From: Anthoceros angustus
Lineage: Eukaryota; Plantae; Anthocerotophyta
Assembly: GCA_010909165.1 (NCBI GenBank)
Contig: MU008162.1
Span: 930,001-994,000, forward strand
Reading direction: 5' to 3'
DNA: 64,000 bases
Numbering within the stretch: the stretch's first letter is position 1; the number at the start of each line of letters is the position of its first letter. Made by a program: the position numbers and the translations under genes. The notes below the pieces were generated by a model. It saw nothing but the letters and a program-made list of their open reading frames with translations, made no database searches and was not told where the DNA came from. Shown in pieces: positions 1 to 11,400 of this stretch.

Positions 1-612
1 ATTCGTCAGTCCCATCAGGAGCAGTTAGCAAAAGACTCCTATCCTGGAGTTTTGCACGCCTCCACACCGGGTAAAGGTCTGGCGCGTCTCTGAAGCTATC
101 CCTTCTCTTCTGCTTCTCACGAGTCTTCCTCCCCGTGTCGCGTGGCTCTGTTGCTATCCAAACGACACCCTTCATTCGGCAGCCAGACAGAAACAAGACA
201 TCAGATCGCTGAACTCAATACTGCCAGTCCACCAGCTCCATCAGCAGGTCAAAATGCGACACTCTTCGGAGCAAACCAGCTCAAAAAAAGTGGAAAAGCT
301 AAAGCATCAAAAGCGCACTTCTCCGACCACAAACCCCTCCCAAGCTTCAGACTTCGGCAAGGTGGTAGCTTCGCATTCAAAGAGGCCGGCACGCCAAAGT
401 CTCCCGAACATCCCGAACCCTAACAAGCTCACCAAACTCCCTCTAGCTCAGATCACAACCCCAGGCATCCACCACGCCACGCACACACCCGGCCGAAGAC
501 CTAACCATCCACAACGCCTTCCTTCCCCGACACCTCCCGACTGCATCAAAACCACAACCTTTCCTCGCATTTCCGACACCACACCACACCAGGATCAGAG
601 CTCGCTCCGCAC

Positions 613-855
613 CTGCAGCAGGACGGCCCCGGGCGGGGAGGCGGCCCTCGGGGAGGGAGGCAGCGCGGCATTCCGGGCCTCCCGCCTGTCCAGCGCGGCC
701 TGGTGCGCAGAGCTCACAGCAGCGGCGTAGGAGTCACGGGATGCGGTGCGCAGGCCGCGCAGGAGGCGCACCGCGAGGGCCACGGCCAGAACGGCCTCCA
801 CAGCCAGCAGCAGGAGCGCGCCTGCCAGGAAGGAAGGCCAGCACGGGAGCGCCAT
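613..855 (-). CDS. First coding exon of a membrane-anchored protein, possibly TEX2/Nvj2-like SMP-domain lipid-transfer protein; gene likely continues leftwards
   Basis: ATG at 855, N-terminal TM segment MALPCWPSFLAGALLLLAVEAVLAVALAVRLLR, exon ends at a CAG|GTGCGG donor at 612. The F-L-x-G...A-x-E-A TM pattern resembles plant TEX2-like N-termini (recall, not searched). Confidence 0.45.
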
Positions 856-1036
856 CGCTGTTCCGCCTCCGCTTCCCGCTCGCGTTCCCGCTCGTGGCGC
901 GTGACTGGCCTGGCGACGAGGGTTGCGGGTGCCGGCGTCGTCGTGAAAGGTGGCCCTGGCCTGGCCAGAGATGACATGGCGGAGACGCGTGCTCCCAAGT
1001 GGAGGCGGGCAGCGAAGGCCCCCCACCAGGCCCCAG

Positions 1037-1061
1037 GCAACGCAACGCAACGCAACGCAAC
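1037..1061. repeat. (GCAAC)5 microsatellite upstream of that exon
   Basis: Seen directly. Confidence 0.9.
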
Positions 1062-1423
1062 GGCAGCCAAGAGGAGGAGCACAACAGCACAATTCATGAA
1101 CGAACGACTGGACAACAGTTTGCCCCCTTTGGGATGCACGTGTTCGCCATCGTGCGGTAAGTCAAACCTCCCGAAGATGCAACCTTTTACTGCCACTCGT
1201 ACCTCGTTACTGGATGTTACTGTACACTGTGAAGTTGTGAACCTATATAATGTAGATTGACCTAGACTATTCCTACCAATTGGCATCCTCCGTGATGGCC
1301 GTGGGAGTCTTCAGCTTCTCAAGAGTACAAAGCATGTCCACTTCAGTCACCTCATGGACTTAGATGTTTTGCGTTCACCAACCCATCACTGATGACTCAC
1401 TTGGGTATTCACTTTAAGAACTT

Positions 1424-1800
1424 GAGCGATTGCAGGAGAATATAGGAGGATGCGGGAGGATGCGGGATGATGTAGGAGGAGGCTGGAGGGAGCGATGGTG
1501 GATGCTCTACGTGTTTTGGAGGATTCTGGATGGAGCCGTGAGAGGGAGCGATTGCGGGAGGATGTAGGATGATGCGGGAGGATGTAGGATGATGTGGGAG
1601 GAGGTCGGAGCATACGGGAGATTGTAGGAGGAGGCTGGAGGGAGCGATGGCGGAGGCTCCACGTCTTTTGCAGGATGCTGGAGGGAGCCATGAGAGGGAG
1701 CGATTGCGGGAGGATGTAAGAGGATGCAGAACGAGGTAGGAGGATGCAGAACGAGGTAGGAGGATGCGGGAGGATGTGGGAGGAGGTTGGAGGGAGCGAT
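1424..1800 (+). repeat. Purine-rich degenerate minisatellite (GGAGGATG/GGAGCGAT units)
   Basis: Recurrent gcgggaggatgtagga and ggagggagcgat motifs. Confidence 0.8.
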
Positions 1801-2063
1801 AGCACATGCACTAGTAGGAAAGTAAGATTGTCGGGGCCAAAATATGAGGGATCAATCCTAGGTTATGGGTGAATATGGATAAAAAAGATTGAAGTGGAAG
1901 TTTGGTAGGGCTTGGAATCCAATGTGGCCATGCTCTTTTCACTTTCTATGATTTATTTTTCCTCATCTTCATCATCATGTCTTCTATGCGACATTGTTGG
2001 GGGTGATGCAATAGTAGGGTCCGAGAGGTCGTGGCGGCGGGGCCGACGATGAGCCGGGTTCCA

Positions 2064-2285
2064 AGTTTAGGGCTCACAAGCTTAGGGTTTCACAGGTTTA
2101 GTGTTTTGCGGCAGCTGATCTTCTAGGTTTAGGGTTTCACAAATTTAGGGTTCAACAAGTTTAGGGTTTCATGGCAACTGATCTTCTAGGTTTAGGGTTC
2201 ACAAGTTTAGGGTTTTACGGGAGCTGATCGTCCACGTTTAGGGTTTCACACGTATAGGGTTTTATGGCAGCTAATCTTCCAGGTT
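2064..2285 (+). repeat. Degenerate tandem array built on the telomere motif TTTAGGG (telo-box) with ggcagctgatcttctagg spacers
   Basis: About 10 (T)TTAGGG-like motifs in recurrent 15-60-nt units. Confidence 0.8.
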
Positions 2286-2712
2286 CATGGATGGATATCG
2301 CCTATATTTGACAAACAAATTAGAGAGTGGAGCACCCTAGTTTGGGATAAGGTTCCTTCATATTATTTTTTCCATGGGGCCTCTTTCTTCCGCTTTTGGA
2401 AAGGACACTCATTGCCCCGTCTCTGGAATTTTATATAAGGGTGTTGTTCGTGCAAAGAGGCACATGGGCATGATGCACAAGGACTTTGACCGAAATGCAT
2501 GGGAGGCTCAAGTGAGGGCTATATCTTCCGGCGTTGCTACCCCTTCCTCCTCTCGTCGGGTTGCTCTCCGCCAAAGTCTTGGCAATGGTTGCGGGTGCAG
2601 TCCGATCATCTTTTGGCTCTTTATGACACACGTTTAGGGACTCGCTTTTTGCGTCTCCCCATCGTTGCAAGAAAATATACGCCAGCCTCTGAGCTTCCCT
2701 TAGAGCACCTCG

Positions 2713-5700
2713 TGGGGGACTTTTCTTGATGGCCGGTAGGCGCGCACAATCCGTGTCGTTGTAGGAAGAAGTCCGTTCCCAAGGGAATGATAGGCCCGTT
2801 TACGCGTTTGGTGATTCTTACCGTCCTTAGCGCTCGTTCGGTCTCGGCACACACACACATACTCTAACTACTAGCGTTCACCGTCTGAGGCCGGTATGGC
2901 CAAGCGTTTAAGGACCCGTTCGCGTCCGTATCGTTCACATACATCCTTCACGCATCGATCCTTTCCTCTCTCCTCTCACGCTACACTCTTGATCTTAGAA
3001 AAGCGCGGTTCTGTGATCCGGACCTCCTCGTCGTTCGCGGGCCTCTCGTCCGGGCTCTACACACCCTCCGGAGTTCCTCCGGCTCACGCGTTCGATCCGT
3101 TCGGTGTCGGACGCGGCTCGAGACACGGATCACCGATCACCCTTCCTGCACACACCACAGCGTTAAGTCGTCACGGGACCTTGATCAATCTCCCGGGTAT
3201 CGTGCACCTTTCGGTGACTCGGGACTCACGTTAGCAAGAAGACTCACAAAGGTGCAGAACGGCATCAACACCAAGAAAGATGCTTTACTAGGCTCGGCCC
3301 TCTTATCTGCGCCCAAGGTGGCGTCTTTATTACCCCTATTACGGTGATAGCCTCGGTATACCTAATCGGCCTACCCTATCCCCCTATCTCGCCGTTGTGG
3401 GGGAAGGTCCACAGGCCCTCGGAATGGGTGGTCAATCCCCGTCACAGCGGTTGTGGTGCACCCAATCGGATGATCCGTGGAGGCCCCTCCTCTCCCGGAA
3501 TCACAGCCGGGTTGGGCTCTGGCGGCGGTCGACAGCCGTTACCACGGCGTCATCCTCCCACAGCCTCTCCACAGGTCCTTCGCCGGTGGGGCCGCTATCG
3601 GCTCCCCTAGCGTAAGTCGAAGGGGCTCCTCCTTCTTGCCGGCCGGTCCTCGAGGTCTGTCTCGACTCACGAACTTGAGTCCGGCTTATTCACAGGTCGG
3701 TAGGCTGGGTCAGGCCTTGTCTGCAGGTCGGACCTCGGTCCGGACTTATTAGTCCGGACTTGGTCCGGACTTATTAGTCCGGACTTGAGTCGGACTTATT
3801 AGTCCGGACTTGGTCGGCCTCCTCGAGTCGGACAAAGTCGGACTCACTCCGGGTTTCCTCCCTCAGGACTCCTCGTGGCTCTCCTCGAAGTCCTCCATTG
3901 TTCCCGATCCTTGACTCGCCGTTGGCCTCCTTCCATGGTGAGGTCGGGGTGCTTACCTCGATCGCATCGCCGCTCCTCGTTCTGCTCCTCGGTTGCTCCT
4001 CTCCGCGCTCCGTCATCTCAAGCAGGGCCACTAGGGTCCTGTCTTTGTCCCCGTGGCCTTCATCTCCTTGAGCCTTCCGGTCCGTCCGTCTGCGGCCGTG
4101 AGTCGAGGCTTCGCCTTGAGGAGCTCGGCGTGGTAATAGGCAAAGTCAGATCGACTTGTTGAATTGCCTCTTCCACGTGTGCGGAGCACCGATACTCCCT
4201 CGCCATAAGTGTTAGATGGGCGTCTTTGCCGGCTTGTTGGGCCACCTCTCCACGGTTGTGTGGGCGTATCGCGAGGCTACAAGGCGGCCTCGGTCACCTC
4301 CTGCATGCCATTGTTGCTCACTGCTCCGGCTCCGTCGTTTCCTTCCATGCCCGACTTACCATGGCGTTCCCTTCCGCCTTTCTCGGTGGACGGCTTCTTT
4401 TACCTTCCGGTGCTCGCGCTCCCGTTCATTACGGCCTTTAGCTCATGACTCCCTCTCGGTGATCGGATACCTCCGTCCACTCGGGACTCACGTTAGCAAG
4501 AAGACTCACAAAGGTGCAGAGCAGCGGCATCAACACCAAGAAAGATGCTTTACTAGGCTCGGCCCTCTTATCTGCGCCCAAGGTGGCGTCTTTATTACCC
4601 CTATTACGGTGATAGCCTCGGTATACCTAATCGGCCTACCCTATCCCCCTATCTCCTTGTGTGGTGGGAAGGTCCACAGGCCCTCGGAATGGGTGGTCAA
4701 TCCCCGTCACAGCGGTTGTGGTGCACCCAATCGGATGATCCGTGAGGCGGGCCCCTCCTCTCCCGGAATCACAGCCGGGTTGGGCTCTGGCGGCGGTCGA
4801 CAAGCCGTTACCACGGCGTCATCCTCCACAGCCTCACAGGTCCTTGGGCCACCGGTATCGGCTCCCCTAAGCGTAAGTCGAGGGCTCCTCCTTCTTGCCA
4901 TCCGGTCCTCGAGGTCTGTCTCGACTCCCGAACTTGAGTCGGACTTGAGGTCGGCTGCTAGGTCACCTTGTCTCTGGTCCGGACCTCGGGGTCAGTTGTC
5001 TGAGTCCGGACTTGAGTCGGACTTATTAGTCCGGACTTGAGTCCGGACTTATTCTGGTCCGGACTTGAGGTCGGCCTCCCTCAGTCGGACAAAGTCGGAC
5101 TCCGCCGGGTTTCCTCCCTCAGGACTCCTCGTGGCTCTCCCTCAGTCCTCCATTGATCGTGACTCCTTCGTTGGCCCCTCCTTCCATGGTGAGGTGCGGG
5201 TGCTTACCTCGATCGCATCCGCTCCTCGTTGCTCCTCGGTTGCTCCTCTCCCGCTCCGTCATCTCAAGCAGGGCCACTAGGGTCCTGTCTTTGTCCCGTG
5301 GCCTTCATCTCCTTGAGCCTTCCGGTCCGTCAGTCTGCGGTAGTCGAGGCTTCTCGCCTTGGGAGCTCGGTGGTAATAGGCAAAGTCAGATCGACTTGTT
5401 GAATTGCCTCTTCCACGTGTGCGGTACTCCCTCGCCATAAGTGTTAAGCGTCTTTGCTCGGCTTGTTGGGCCACCTCTCCACGGTTGTGTGGGCCGGGTA
5501 TCACGTGAGGCTACAAGGCGGCCTCGGTCACCTCCTGCGGTGCCTGTTGCTCACTGCTGCTCCGTCGTTTCCTTCCATGACTTACCGCCATAGCGCGTTC
5601 CCTTCCGCCTTTCTCGGTGGACGGCTTCTTTTACGCTTCCGGTGCTCGCGCTCCCGTTCATTACGGCCTTTAGCTCATGACTCCCTCTCAGTGATCGGAT

Positions 5701-8419
5701 ACCTCGTCCAGGCTCGGACTTCCTCCGGCTCATACGCAGCAGCAGCGTCCAACTCCTTGGATAGTCGCCGATTTTCCTCCGTCTTGAGACGGGCCGGGGC
5801 ACTCTGTTTTGCTCGAGTCGTGGATTCTCGTTGAGAATCACTGCTTGCTCAAGCGCATCTTGGGTTGTAGCTCAGCGTGTCCTTCTCCTCCATCTGCTGC
5901 CGCCTCCTTCTACCTCCTGCTGTGTACTCGGAGATCCTCTATCTCCCGTCTTGGCCCTTCTGCTCCATAGCCGCTGTCACGGCCTTGAGTTAGCCTCGGT
6001 ACTGCTGACTCTCTCCACGGTTCCGATCACGTCGTAGTGATCCGGTCGCTCTTCAGCGGCTTGAGCTCCTTCGCCGCCTTTATACAGGCCTCGCCCATTT
6101 GGCCTCTAACTCCTTTGCCCTCGGCCGCCTCCGCCAGTCCCGAGCTCTCTGCTTGTGCGGGCCTCTTCCGCCTCTGCGCTTCCCTCTTACTGCAAGGTCC
6201 TCCGCCGCTTGGGCCTCTGAGCTTGCTTGTTCGCCTGGTGAAGAACCTTAACCAGTCTGCTTGAACCGGGCCTCGCGCTCCGCCACCCGGCGTTCCCTTC
6301 CTCGATCCGGCGAGGACTCCGCCTTTTCCTTTGCCCTCGGCCGCCTTCACTTGCTCTTGGGTTCCACCATCCTCCTCGGGTGGCCTCCACTTCACAGGTC
6401 TTCTCTGTACCACAGAGACCCCAAAGCATTCCGTCCATGGCGGTAGCAGGACTCGCCGTGTTTCTTCCACGGCCACAGTGAGGCCCCACAAAGTCCGTAG
6501 TGGGGCCGGCATTTCTCGGTCCGCCAAGGACCTCCATACCGGATCCGGAGTAAGTCGGGGGGTTCTCGGACCTAATCGGGACCCTCGGGTCACAGTGGTG
6601 GTCGAGTCTCACCCTCTTGGCCCTCTTGGCCTCTAACTCCTTTGTGCCCTCTTTCTCACAGGGCTCGGAGGAGGTGAGGGGTCAGGAGCAAGCTCTTTTG
6701 CCCCTTCACAGGGGGGCAGGACGGCTCGAGGTGGGGCTGGCCATGACCTCCTGCTCCTTGGGCCACGTCCCTTCGCCTCCTTAGCCTCTTGACCTCTTGC
6801 CACTCAGGTGGGCGGGGTAAGTCTGGCACCTTCGAGGTCTTTGCGTTGGTAAGCGGCACCGTCTTCCCTCTTGGCTCCCGGGGTTCGTCGGGGCTCGGCG
6901 GCCGTCGTGGTTGTTGGGCATTGTTACGGTCGGGCCGTAGCGCCCTCCGGCATCGGCTCCCTCACTGTCGCGCTCGGAGGGCACCAAAAGGAGGAAGGGG
7001 AATCGCCTCCCAAACTTCCACAGGTGGTGAGGGGTTCGCTCACGTATGGAGTCGGAATCCTCGATCGTCCTCCTCCGAGTCGCTTGGTCTTGAAGGGCGA
7101 CCCCCACCTCAGGCGCCCTTGCACGCTCTACTTGGCGGGGCCTCCGGCCGGGCCGGGCGCCGCTCAAGCTCTCCTCCTTGAGAGCTCGAAATGTCCCCAT
7201 ACATGAATCGGTATGGGGTCGCCCGATGGCGAGGCTTCTTCGCTCCTTAGCTTGCGTGCCTCACCGAACAGGCGAAGATAATCCTTCCCGGTCCGCTCTC
7301 TTCCCATTGGGCGCATGCGAGAATACCAGCGAGTTATCACCAAGGTGATCCACCTTGGTGGCGGTTCAATGGACAATGATCCGGGCTACCGCCCTTACTC
7401 GGTATCCGGATCGGATATCAACCATCCGTTGGTTGTCCATTGCGTTCGAGCCTCGGCGCGGTGGGGCCCTATCTTCCCTTCGCCTTAAGGGGCTGCACCA
7501 CCCCTTCTTCCTCCTTGGGCGGTTGTAGGCCATCCTCGGGACCTCAAGGTCCATCGCCTCGGGTCCTCCGGAGGTTCTTGGATCGGACCTCCTTGTTGAT
7601 CGCCGCATCTTCGGGCAAACTCCGGACTAGAGTAGCGTTGTCAAAGGTCGAGACCATTTGGAACACGTCCAGATGCCACTCCTGCACCAATTCCCACACT
7701 TCCTCCGGCCGGGCCCGAAGTCCGGATAGCGGGTCACAATGTTGCGCTCCACGAGGGTCCATGGCTCCCAGACTTCCGTCGGCTTTTGGGTGCCATTGCT
7801 TCTCCTCCTCTCTTGTTCTTTGTAGGCTGGCGGTCGGCACGATGTTCCTCCTTCGCGCGTTCGTTGCTCCAACCTTGACGGTGCGCGCTCTGGGCGGCGC
7901 CCAAAAGATAGCGCCGAGCCGGATTGCGGGCGCAAGGCTGTGAGGATTATGCGGAGGCTGCGGACCTCCTCCTTGGCGCTTGTGGAAGTAATGGCGGAAG
8001 GCGCCTCTTCGTTGTCCGTGCGCGAGTGCATGGCTTACTCGACCCTCGCTTCCTGCGGCCTTCGCGCGGCCGCGCGGGCGTGAATACTGCCTGCGGCCTC
8101 ACGGCAGGTTACGGTCTGACCTCATGCGACCTCCACTCGGGGCCGTCCGTGCGCCGCCTGCATCCTCACGCCTCGCTCCTGGGTTACTTTCCTGGCGTAC
8201 TTATCCTATTTTGACACTGGGTGGGTTCGGACTTATCCGTTACTCGGCGTAGTCGGAGCTTGCCATAGTGGTACCGGGTCCGTTGTTCACTCAGTCGGAG
8301 TATACTCGAGCCTCGTCCGGCGCTACCCCAATTTATTCCTCCTTTTCCGCCTTATTTATCCTTCAATCCTAAAAAGCGAAACCCTACTTATTTCTTAACT
8401 CCCGAGTGCATAGCCCACA
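2713..8419 (-). repeat. 3' LTR (~5.7 kb, including an internal ~1.25-kb duplication 3217-4478/4479-5700)
   Basis: Colinear with 16907-21608; ends ...tagcccaca at 8419 next to the PPT. Confidence 0.85.
3740..3843. repeat. GTCCGGACTT-type 10-13-nt tandem repeats inside the LTR (also 4930-5100 and 17870-18030)
   Basis: Seen directly; unit contains the palindrome TCCGGA. Confidence 0.85.
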
Positions 8420-8431
8420 TACTCCCTTCTC
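8420..8431 (-). promoter_or_regulatory. Polypurine tract
   Basis: Minus strand GAGAAGGGAGTA immediately precedes LTR start TGTGGGCTA. Confidence 0.8.
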
Positions 8432-8453
8432 ATCATTGGCGTCTCGCCAACAC

Positions 8454-11400
8454 TAAGCATGATACTTCTTCACCCACCCGTTTACCAGTGGGCAGCCTCT
8501 CCATCTAGCGTGGTGACGGACCCGTTGTCATATACTTGCACCACTTGAGTACGGACCCATCCATCTCGGTGAAGTTTGCACGGAAAATGCATGTAGCTAT
8601 CATAAAGGAGGCGGGTCCCTTCCTTTACATACTCCCGATTCCGCGATCGGCGATCGTGCCAAATCTTTTGGTTTTGCTGCTGCATCTTGGTGAGCTTCTT
8701 CCACATCCTCTGTGTCTTGCACAAACCCCAAGAGTCGCTCGAGTGGCTTTCCTCTTATCAGTCTCCTTCCATCATTACTCGAAAAGTGGGCACTTCAAAC
8801 TCTCGGCATTACGGGAGTGTCAGTAGGTCAAGTAAGGGTCCGTTGTGTGGTCACCTTCTCTGCTGTCCGGGCATACAGTCGGATGGCGACAGTATCGATC
8901 ATGGGCGTAGTTCATCGTGAGTTTATTGATCCTGCGGATGAGCCCATTTGTCTTCTCTGTCGACCCATTGGCCTTAGGATTGTAGGGTGCCGTCTTGCGA
9001 TGATTGATGCGAAATACTCCGTCATGGCGGCCACCACATCATTAAGGAAATGGGTTCCCCTATCACTTACCAAGCTGCGGACATCTCGGGTTATGATGTT
9101 CTCGTCGAATTTGGCCACGGTATTTGCGAGTCCGTTCTTGTCGCCACCGCCTCTACCCACAGTGCGATGGTCGTTGCCACGGGATGTATCTCCTTTGTGT
9201 GTGTCTTGTCGTGGGTATAGGTCCAACAAAGTCAATACCCCACTTTTGAAGGTGCGGTGCCAATATCGGTACTAGCGGCCCTTTGTCGTCGGGGTTGGCT
9301 TTCCGATCCGTGACAAGCATCACACTTCTTCCTAAGCGGTGGGTGTCCCCATACATTGTTGGCCACGGTATCCGCTTCAAAATCTTTTGGTGGTGACTGT
9401 CTTCGTGTCCACCCCCAATCCTTCGTGCATTCCCTGCGCTCACTCTCGGTTGCAGTACCTTCGTTCTACTCCGTCAGGCCCTAATTTGAACACACACCGT
9501 TGTACATTACGAAGGGTCGAGCATAGTGCACGAATGCCTCCCTCATCACAGTCAGTTTTGAGCTCCATTCCCAGGAGGTCTCTATTTCTTCGTGGGTCGG
9601 ACGTGGCGACCCTCCCTTCTCACTACGCTGTTCTCGTAGCTTGGGGTTCGGTCGGTGGGCTCCTCGGTTGTACTTTTCTGCGGCAACCAATGTCTCATCC
9701 AGGAGCATCTTCACGATCTCTCAACACCTGTTTTCAATCGTGACGAAATGCATTTTGGTCTTGCCTCCCTTGTCTTGTTTCCACTTGACGTGAACTCCTG
9801 CGGCAACAATATCCACCTTGCTATCCGTCCGGACGGTCCGTCTTATTCACCGGATGCTTGAGCAAAGTGGTCTACATAGAACACAAACTCCTTTGGGTAG
9901 TAGTGTCGAATTTCTTGACGGCATATACCATACCCGGTGCTTGGCCTTCTGTAGTTGTGTATTTTCGTTCGCGTGGGTGGTGTCGTCCGGTAGTATACGG
10001 ATAATCCGCTTGTCGTCCTTACGGCTCGGCACTACTCCGATAGCAAAAGCGGACACATCTACATACACATGAAATTTCTGCTCGATCCGGTCCTCTTAGG
10101 CGGTGCGCTTACCAAGGTGTTACGTAAATCCGAAGGCCTCCTCTCGCTCACCTGACCATCCAAACCTCCTCCTTCGATGGATTACATCAACTTAGCCGCC
10201 CTCTTGCAAAGTCCTTAATAAACCGTAGTATCCCACCATTCCGAAACCTCTCGGCTCCTTTAGGTTCGTCGGTGGAGGCGGATGACCGGACCTTGTCTGG
10301 TCCACCTCGATTCCCAGTGGGCACAGACAAGATTCCCTCCGTCATTCCAAAGTAGCATTTCTCGGTGTAGGCTCAATTGAGTCTCCGGCGCTCAAGCACC
10401 TTCTTAGATGCCCAAGGTGTTTGTCCCTCCCCATGCACACAAAATCATCCGGGAATATCTCCATGAAGTCCCTCGAAGTCACGGAAGGCGTTGGTCACCA
10501 TACGCATGAGCGACCACAGGCGCTCGGTCATCCCAAAGGCACTTCTCTTGTAGGCAAGCGTACACTCCGTAGTGAAGGTCGTCTTGTCGGTCAAACTCCC
10601 TTAGGTGCAATTGGTTATATCCGGAGTAGCCATCCGAGGAAGGAGTAAGTAGTCGTCCACCACCTTGTCCAAAATGTCGTCTCTGAATGGCATCGGAAGT
10701 GGTCCTTCTCCGTTCGTTGAGCTTCCTCAATCTTGGCATACCGAATTTGTCTGGTTTCTTGGGAACCACCACAATCGGTAGCGACCCACTCATTGTCGAT
10801 GGGGAAAATGATGTCGCCTCCGGTACTTATCAAGGACCTCCTTCACCTTGATCGAATACTTGGGGTTGAGCTTGTATTCGGATTCGGTGGCACGCTCACG
10901 GCTTCAAATCGATCTTATGCTCTCCACTTCTTGAATGCCCTTCATGTCCGTGACCTTGAAGGCGAACACCTCATAAAACTCCCCGGTGCTTTAGTCCTTC
11001 CTTGGTCCAGGCATGCCTTTCTTAAACTTGAGAATTTGCTGGCGGACCTCCACTTCTTCCGTCGTCGGGTTCACCGTCTCCGTTCCGTCTTTGCCTCATG
11101 CGTCCAAACCCCTCGTCCTCCTCTCGGGATCGTCCTCTCGCATCCCCATTCTCAAGAGCTCGTCGGAGGTGAATCGTGTTACTCCTTGATGTCCGCTTTT
11201 CCTTGGTCCGACTCTTGTTGTCTCCCTTGTCTTTGGTCCGACCTCCTCTTCACTTCCTTCCTCCGGCCCGTTGTGGCGTTTACTAAAACAATCAATCACT
11301 TCCGCCAAAGGCATCCGGATGGTCCATCTCCTCCTCGGACCGGCGGATCTTGGCGAAAGTCGCCTCCTCGGAACTATCTTGTTCGTCGATTGGAGTCTCC

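Noticed and set aside
1386-1811. Pro/Ser-rich ORFs (also 39069-39698)
   Set aside because: Translations of low-complexity repeats.
2064-2285. True telomere or chromosome end
   Set aside because: Motifs are interspersed with spacers and flanked by gene and TE sequence.
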